DNA from: Candidatus Heimdallarchaeota archaeon
Lineage (GTDB): Archaea > Asgardarchaeota > Wukongarchaeia > Wukongarchaeales > JBHIFL01
Length of the DNA stretch: 12,051 nt
NCBI GenBank assembly: GCA_046761065.1
Contig: JBHIFL010000106.1
Location: 1-12,051, forward strand
Direction of reading: 5' to 3'
Shown: positions 6,625 through 12,051 of the stretch, in pieces
Numbering within the stretch: position 1 is the first letter of the stretch
Layout of the letters: the number at the start of each line of letters is the position of its first letter
Notes under the pieces: model-generated
The model's input: the letters and a program-made list of their open reading frames with translations, nothing else
What the model was told of the DNA's origin: nothing
Database searches by the model: none
Program-made: the position numbers and the translations under genes

Positions 6625-9342
6625 ATGCATAAAAGAAGCATACTCAAAACAACATTATTCCTAATCGGCTTAATTTTGCTTATTGGGTTTTTTAGTGCCC
6701 TCCACGTGGCGCAGGAGGCTGGGGGAGAGGTCACAGATGTGATGAGTGTGCCACGATTGCAATATCAAGACCAGCAGCAGACTGTACCACTGTCCTTCGC
6801 TTTACCCCTCCAAAACTCTCTTCCCCTACAGGACTTCCTGCGATCGCGATCGCTTGGAACCTCGCTTATAGCCATTGAAGGGGGCATGGAGTGGAATCGG
6901 ACATATGACGATTCTGATTATGACACAATCTATGCAGTCATCCAAACGATGGACGGGGGGTATGCGCTCGCTGGTTCCACTCACACTTCCGAGACGGACG
7001 GATATTATTATGAGTTCTGGCTAGTGAAGACCGATACCTCAGGAAATGAGCAGTGGACACGGACGTATTTCGGCTCTGAGGTGGTTGATGTGGCTGAAAC
7101 CGTCATCCAGACGGCGGACGGGGGGTATGCGCTCGCTGGAAGTATCAATGGATCTGAGTGGACCAAAACAACTGCATGGTTGGTGAAAACCGATGCTAAC
7201 GGGATCCCGCAGTGGAACCAGACCTATGGTGGCCATGATTCGGATTGGGCCAAAGCAATGATCCAGACGGTTGATGGCGGCTTTGCGCTCGTTGGGTGGA
7301 CTCGATCTTACGGGGCAGGTGAAGCGGACTTCTGGTTGGTGAAGACCGATGCCCGTGGAGCTGTGGAGTGGAATCAGACCTATGGTGGCACAACGGATGA
7401 ATATGCTTACGCAGGCATCGAAACGACGGACGGCGGCTTTGCGCTCGCTGGAAGTTTGATGGTACCTGAGAACCGGGGATGGTTTGATGCTTGGTTAGTG
7501 AAAACTTACCCTAATGGCACTGTACAATGGAATCAGACCTATGGCGGCTCGGGGGAAGATAATGTTTACGCAGTCATCGAGACAGCGGATGGCGGGTATG
7601 CGCTTGCCGGGGAGACTTGGTCCTACGGGGTGGGTGAGAGTGACTTCTGGTTGATGAAGACCGATCCCAATGGGAAGGCCCAATGGAATCAGACCTATGG
7701 CGGTTCTGATTACGATACGGCCTATGCGGTCACCGAGACGCCTGATGGTGGGTTTGCACTCGTTGGAACTACTAGATCCTCCGGGACGGGCGGTTTCAAC
7801 GGCTGGTTGGTGAAGACGGATGATTATGGGGATGTTGAGTGGACACAAACGTATGGTGGCTCAGAGGGCGATTTTGTATATTCGGGAATCAAGACAGCCG
7901 ACAGCGGGTTTGCGCTTGCCGGATTCACCGATTCTTTTGGAACTGACAGTCGCGACGGCTGGCTGGTTAAAGTAATCGCATCGTACACCACGCCACTCAC
8001 CGTCACACCCGCTGTCACAGTCCTGAGTCCCAATGGTGGAGAGTATTGGAATGGGACACAAACTATCAATTGGGCCGCCACAGATCCCCAAGGTGATCCT
8101 TTGACCTACTCGGTCTACTACAGTTCCGATGGTGGGCAAACCTGGACCCAACTGGCGACTGGGCTCACTGAATCCTCTTATCTCTGGGATACCACCACAG
8201 TCGAAAATGGAGTAAATTGTCTGATTCAAGTGGAGGCCAGTGATGGCACATACATTGGAGCAGATGCCTCAGATACGCCCTTTGAGATCGCGAATGAGCC
8301 CATGAACACCGCGCCTGTTGTGTATGTCATCCAACCCAACGGGGGTGACTGGGTCAACGGTACGTACGAGATCCAGTGGAGTGCTACTGATCCCAATGGG
8401 GATGCGCTCACGTTTACCATCAGCTATAGCCCCAATGGTGGGGACACCTGGACTCAACTCGATACTGGGGTCTCCGAACCCTCCTATCCATGGGATACCA
8501 CTACAGTCATGAACGGTACGAGTTACCTGATCCGAGTGGAGGCTTACGACGGCACGTACACTGGGATGGACGTCTCAGACACGCCATTTGAGATTGCAAA
8601 TGAACCGGTTCCGTTTGAAATGCATCCAGTAAAAACACAGTCCACCATGGATGTCACCATGGCTGCAGCCGGAGCTGCGATTTCAGGAGTGGTTCTTCTT
8701 GGAGCAGCTGTAAAAGCGACTTCTATTCCACCGCCGCTCCCCGGCATGAGATCCCAGAAGGATTTCTTGAAACGCCTCTTTTGGTACCTGTGCTACTCCT
8801 TTGTTTGGCTATTTGGGCATGTTATATATCCTCCAGTCTGTCGCCGCTTAAACAAGGCCGATGTTACCACGAATTCGACCCGCCAAGCGATCCTGCACCT
8901 GCTAAGAGAACGCGGGGTAGCCTACCTCCGCGAGATCGAACGATCCATCGATTCAGGGTTTTTTGGCTTAATGTGGCATTTACAAGTACTGGAAGATTTT
9001 GGCCACATCCGCCAAATACGGATTGGCAAGTATCGCGTGTATTACCTTAAGGAATATGGGAGCCCGGTTTCCCTCTCTGTGGAGTTAGGGTTCTTATTTA
9101 AAAATAAGAACACACGTGCTATCATCAATTATATCAGGGATCATCCGGGCACATACCAAGCTGAAATTGCGCGCACCCTGGGGCTCCATCACACCACCGT
9201 GCGCTATTACCTCCAACAAATAATAGAACAAAAACTGCTTGAGTCGTTTTCGGACGGGCGTAGGACTCGGTATTTCCTCCTTAATGAAAAGAAACCCCAA
9301 GTCAACGCGATGTTGCAACACGTTCAGCCCGAAGGGGCTTAA
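6625..9342 (+). CDS. Membrane-anchored receptor-like transcription regulator: signal peptide, 7-blade beta-propeller, 2 Ig-like domains, TM helix, tandem winged HTH (ArsR-like / COG3398-type)
   Basis: Basic plus hydrophobic N-terminus. Seven ~52-aa repeats W(N/T)(Q/R)TYxG...TxDGG(Y/F)AL(A/V)G...WLVKTD (6886-7974). Two PNGG(E/D)...W.ATDP.GD.LT...Y.S..GG.TW...WDTT domains (8008-8601). Hydrophobic VTMAAAGAAISGVVLLGAAV (8653-8712). Two wHTH units, TRQAILHLL...YLREIER...WHLQVLEDFG...RVYY and TRAIINYIRDHPG.YQAEIARTLGLHHTTVRYYL...GRRTRYF (~8860-9290). Confidence 0.88.
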   Translation: MHKRSILKTTLFLIGLILLIGFFSALHVAQEAGGEVTDVMSVPRLQYQDQQQTVPLSFALPLQNSLPLQDFLRSRSLGTSLIAIEGGMEWNRTYDDSDYDTIYAVIQTMDGGYALAGSTHTSETDGYYYEFWLVKTDTSGNEQWTRTYFGSEVVDVAETVIQTADGGYALAGSINGSEWTKTTAWLVKTDANGIPQWNQTYGGHDSDWAKAMIQTVDGGFALVGWTRSYGAGEADFWLVKTDARGAVEWNQTYGGTTDEYAYAGIETTDGGFALAGSLMVPENRGWFDAWLVKTYPNGTVQWNQTYGGSGEDNVYAVIETADGGYALAGETWSYGVGESDFWLMKTDPNGKAQWNQTYGGSDYDTAYAVTETPDGGFALVGTTRSSGTGGFNGWLVKTDDYGDVEWTQTYGGSEGDFVYSGIKTADSGFALAGFTDSFGTDSRDGWLVKVIASYTTPLTVTPAVTVLSPNGGEYWNGTQTINWAATDPQGDPLTYSVYYSSDGGQTWTQLATGLTESSYLWDTTTVENGVNCLIQVEASDGTYIGADASDTPFEIANEPMNTAPVVYVIQPNGGDWVNGTYEIQWSATDPNGDALTFTISYSPNGGDTWTQLDTGVSEPSYPWDTTTVMNGTSYLIRVEAYDGTYTGMDVSDTPFEIANEPVPFEMHPVKTQSTMDVTMAAAGAAISGVVLLGAAVKATSIPPPLPGMRSQKDFLKRLFWYLCYSFVWLFGHVIYPPVCRRLNKADVTTNSTRQAILHLLRERGVAYLREIERSIDSGFFGLMWHLQVLEDFGHIRQIRIGKYRVYYLKEYGSPVSLSVELGFLFKNKNTRAIINYIRDHPGTYQAEIARTLGLHHTTVRYYLQQIIEQKLLESFSDGRRTRYFLLNEKKPQVNAMLQHVQPEGA

Positions 9343-11829
9343 TGCCGGAAACTCAGGCGGCGCGGCTCTAAGCTACTCCCCCTGCCTAGTTTCGAGTTGT
9401 TCCTGGAGGATCCTCCATCGTGGACAAATGCTCTAAATTTTATTTATATGAGAACGTCCAAACAAATACCTTAGCAATTGAATTGAGAAGAACCATAGTG
9501 TAGGGGACTTTGGTCACTGGAGCCTTGGCGCGGAGTCGTAAAGCGTGGCTAAGCTATCCCTCAATCTCATAAGGTGATTAAAAATGAACAAGAAAAGTTA
9601 CGTAATACGTGCGTTAATTATCTTAGGAATGTTTTTTAGCATGGTAATCGGGCCGATTGGGGGCTCAGTTGGGTCAACTCAATCCGATGTAGGACGTATC
9701 GTGGTTTCAGCCGATGACTGGCCTATATGTGACTCCTATTGGAGTACGAGTGCAAGCATTTTCACGTTAAATACCTTTGGCTGGCTCACCGAATTTTCTA
9801 CCGGGAAACGGATCTTAGGGAATCCTATTGTTGAAACCGATCCATTACATACAAAAAACCACATGGTAGACACCCTCCAAACCAATGGGTATACTGTGGA
9901 CATAATAGACACCTCCAGTTGGACTCAAGCCTTGTTAGAAACCTATGATGGTGTATTTATTGAGGTTGGCCCCATCGATGATACGCTGTTAATAGAGTAT
10001 GTAAATGGAGGGGGCGGTGTCTTCCTTATTGGGGGACATTTTGGAACTGAACAGAGATATAATGAGTTTCTCTTGCACTTTGGTATGAGTTGGCATGAGG
10101 TGGTCGATCTTCGTGTCACCCTAACGAGTTTCGAGCCCCATCCGGTGATAACTGGGGTTTCTTCCTTGAAGATAGGAGGGCCCACACCGGTAGAAGTTCA
10201 TTCCAGTGGACCCACAATTTTAGCGACTTGGGGTGGTTGGAATTTGTTGGCCGTCTATTCAAAAGAGTTCGTGAGCCAAAATAACGGAGGGGAATGGAAT
10301 CCTCGAGCTCCAATGCCCACCTCACGAGCTGATCTAGCAGCAGTGGTGATGAATGAACGAATCTATGCAATCGGCGGCTTTAACGGCACGCACAATCTTG
10401 CGACTATGGAGGAGTATGATCCCGCGACCAATACATGGCATCCTCGGGCTTCGATGCCTACTGCACGGGGTTGGTTGGCGACAACGGCAGTGAACGGAAA
10501 GATTTATGCGATTGGAGGTTGGGATGGTACCAATTATCTGCCGACTGTAGAGGAATACGACCCCGCAACCGACACGTGGCGCCGTCGGGCTGACATGCCA
10601 ACCCATCGATACGGTCTGGCTGTGGTCGCCGTCGGGGGACGAATCTACGCCATTGGTGGCCAGAATGAAATCGGTGTGGGGTATCGGACAACGGTTGAGG
10701 AGTACGATCCGGCGACCGACACGTGGCGCCGTCGGGCTGACATGCCGACCCCTCGATATGGCTTGGCCGCGGTAATGGTTCATGGTCGGATCTATGCTCT
10801 TGGCGGCTTTAATGCAATAGATGGGGCGTTAGCGACGGTCGAAGAGTACAATCCCATTCTCAACACCTGGCGCCAGGTGACCGACATGCCATCCGCCCGG
10901 ATCAGTTTGGCAGCAGGCGCCGTGGGCGGGCGGTTTTACGCGATCGGGGGCTTGGAAACCTATCCGTCTCCTGTGGAGGAATACGATCCCCTCGCCGACA
11001 CATGGGAGCGCCGAACCCCCCTGCCGACTCCACGTGCCGGGCTGGCTGTCGCGGTGGTGCGGGGGCGGCTCTATGCGATCGGGGGGTATGATGGGGATCG
11101 GCGGCTTAGTACAGTAGAAGAGTACGATCCCCCCTTCTATGATACCGATGGGGATGGCTTTGCAGATGATGAGGAGTTACGCTATGGCCGAGATCCCTTG
11201 GTGCCTGAATGGGAACCTATGCCTCCCGAGTTATCCGTCCCCACTGTTACAGTGGTGAGTCCGAACGGGGGAGAGGTTTGGCAAGACCTGCAGACCATCA
11301 CCTGGACTGCAACAGATCCCCAAGGGGATCCATTGACCTATACGGTCTACTACAGTCCCAATGGCGGCCAAACCTGGACTCAACTGGCAACCGGGCTCAC
11401 CGAACCATTTTATCTATGGGATACCACCACAGTTGTGAATGGGACGAATTGTCTGATCAAGGTGGGGGCCAGTGATGGCGCATATATTGGGGTAGATGTC
11501 TCGAATGCACCCTTTGAAATCGCAAATAAGACCACGAACACTGCGCCTATAGTAAATGTCATCCAGCCCAATGGGGGGGAACGGGTTCGTGGCATGTACG
11601 AGATCCAGTGGAGTGCTACTGATCTTGATGGGGATACCCTCACGTTTACCATCAGCTATAGCTCCAATGGAGGGCAAACGTGGACTCAACTTGCGAGTGA
11701 GGTGACAGGAACCTCCTTCCAATGGGATACTTCCAGTGTGCAAGTGGATGAGAATTACTTGATCAAGATAGAGGCTAGTGATGGTCATCTTACTGCCGAA
11801 GATCGCTCCGATTACAAGTTTACGGTCGA
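8008..11829 (+). repeat. Two-Ig stalk cassette shared by the two large genes (8008-8601 and 11240-11829)
   Basis: Collinear protein match (ATDPQGDPLTY.VYYS..GGQTWTQLATGLTE..YLWDTTTV.NG.NCLI). Exact DNA tracts, e.g. 29 bp at 8364-8392 = 11596-11624. Confidence 0.88.
9404..9460 (+). promoter_or_regulatory. Putative promoter of the downstream surface-protein operon with a palindromic candidate operator
   Basis: Perfect 14-bp palindrome TGGAGGATCCTCCA (9404-9417). TATA-like TTTATATG (~9443-9450) inside an imperfect TGGAC...GTCCA inverted repeat (9421-9460). Strong RBS AAGGTGAT at 9571-9578. Confidence 0.45.
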
Positions 11830-11971
11830 ACGGGAAATCCTTACAGAAACGCGTTCGGAAGCATTTTTTGTGCCAAGTTTTAGGATGGTCGAGGTGTTGG
11901 GCGCACTTCTTGTCTTATTGGGCCTTGGTGAGAGTGGGAGAAGGCGGAATAAGTTAATTAAGGGATTTTAA
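9584..11971 (+). CDS. Secreted cell-surface protein: GATase/GIFT(DUF4350)-like domain, 6 Kelch repeats, Ca-binding DxDxDG motif, 2 Ig-like domains, C-terminal PGF-CTERM-like anchor
   Basis: Signal peptide MNKKSYVIRALIILGMFFSMV. YDGVFI...EYVNGGGGVFLIGG...NEFL..FG...HPVITGV. Six YA(I/L)GG...EEY(D/N)P Kelch units (10292-11131). DTDGDGFADDEE...GRDP (11141-11197). Ig pair at 11240-11829. Tail VPSF, hydrophobic segment, RRRNK (11870-11971). Confidence 0.88.
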   Translation: MNKKSYVIRALIILGMFFSMVIGPIGGSVGSTQSDVGRIVVSADDWPICDSYWSTSASIFTLNTFGWLTEFSTGKRILGNPIVETDPLHTKNHMVDTLQTNGYTVDIIDTSSWTQALLETYDGVFIEVGPIDDTLLIEYVNGGGGVFLIGGHFGTEQRYNEFLLHFGMSWHEVVDLRVTLTSFEPHPVITGVSSLKIGGPTPVEVHSSGPTILATWGGWNLLAVYSKEFVSQNNGGEWNPRAPMPTSRADLAAVVMNERIYAIGGFNGTHNLATMEEYDPATNTWHPRASMPTARGWLATTAVNGKIYAIGGWDGTNYLPTVEEYDPATDTWRRRADMPTHRYGLAVVAVGGRIYAIGGQNEIGVGYRTTVEEYDPATDTWRRRADMPTPRYGLAAVMVHGRIYALGGFNAIDGALATVEEYNPILNTWRQVTDMPSARISLAAGAVGGRFYAIGGLETYPSPVEEYDPLADTWERRTPLPTPRAGLAVAVVRGRLYAIGGYDGDRRLSTVEEYDPPFYDTDGDGFADDEELRYGRDPLVPEWEPMPPELSVPTVTVVSPNGGEVWQDLQTITWTATDPQGDPLTYTVYYSPNGGQTWTQLATGLTEPFYLWDTTTVVNGTNCLIKVGASDGAYIGVDVSNAPFEIANKTTNTAPIVNVIQPNGGERVRGMYEIQWSATDLDGDTLTFTISYSSNGGQTWTQLASEVTGTSFQWDTSSVQVDENYLIKIEASDGHLTAEDRSDYKFTVEREILTETRSEAFFVPSFRMVEVLGALLVLLGLGESGRRRNKLIKGF

Positions 11972-11972
11972 A

Positions 11973-12051
11973 ATGCGTAGGAGAAAAATGATTAGTGCAA
12001 TGTTAACCCTGATAAGTTTAGTTGTATTTCTTGGTGGTGAAAGTATCACCC
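11973..12051 (+). CDS. 5' end of another secreted or membrane protein (truncated by the window edge)
   Basis: ATG lies 1 nt after the previous TAA. It reads MRRRKMISAMLTLISLVVFLGGESIT, a basic n-region plus hydrophobic h-region typical of a signal peptide. The frame is open to the window end. Confidence 0.7.
   Translation, partial: MRRRKMISAMLTLISLVVFLGGESIT

Noticed and set aside
6886-7974. Periodic DNA repeats (TGGAATCAGACCTATGG, TGGTTGGTGAAGACCGAT) resembling an array
   Set aside because: The ~155-bp period is in frame and encodes propeller blades. It is not a CRISPR array, and no cas genes are present.
9326-9339. Hairpin AGCCC-GAAG-GGGCT at the end of the regulator gene as a terminator
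   Set aside because: The 5-bp stem lies inside the CDS and has no following T-tract.
7039-11788. Many short antisense or frame-shifted ORFs within the two large surface genes
   Set aside because: These are expected by-products of repetitive, GC-richer coding sequence.
8008-11829. Diversity-generating retroelement TR/VR explanation for the paired repeats (also considered for the protease repeat)
   Set aside because: Mismatches are not adenine-specific, both copies are coding, and no reverse transcriptase is in the window.

Overview
This is an archaeal-looking window: AGGTGA/GGTGG-type RBS motifs, TATA-like promoters, a PGF/CTERM-like sorting tail and many N-glycosylation sequons. An Asgard/Heimdallarchaeia-like host is plausible but is inference only. 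The left half is a [NiFe]-hydrogenase locus with hypA, small and large subunits, and two convergently oriented tandem maturation proteases. The hydrogenase has no Tat signal and no cytochrome b. Its backbone resembles group 1h (Hhy/Hof) enzymes, but it keeps canonical group 1 active-site and Fe-S residues. Decayed ORF remnants and very AT-rich tracts lie between these genes. The right half encodes a 905-aa receptor-like protein: signal peptide, 7-blade beta-propeller, two Ig-like domains, a Gly/Ala-rich TM helix and tandem winged-helix DNA-binding domains. It is followed by a probable operon of secreted proteins. The first is a 795-aa mosaic (GATase/GIFT-like domain, six Kelch repeats, Ca-binding motif, the same two-Ig stalk, CTERM-like anchor), and a second begins at the window edge. 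The best candidates for novelty are the transmembrane receptor/transcription factor paired with a surface protein sharing its stalk cassette, and the atypical 1h-related hydrogenase. All family comparisons are from memory of motifs, not from database searches.
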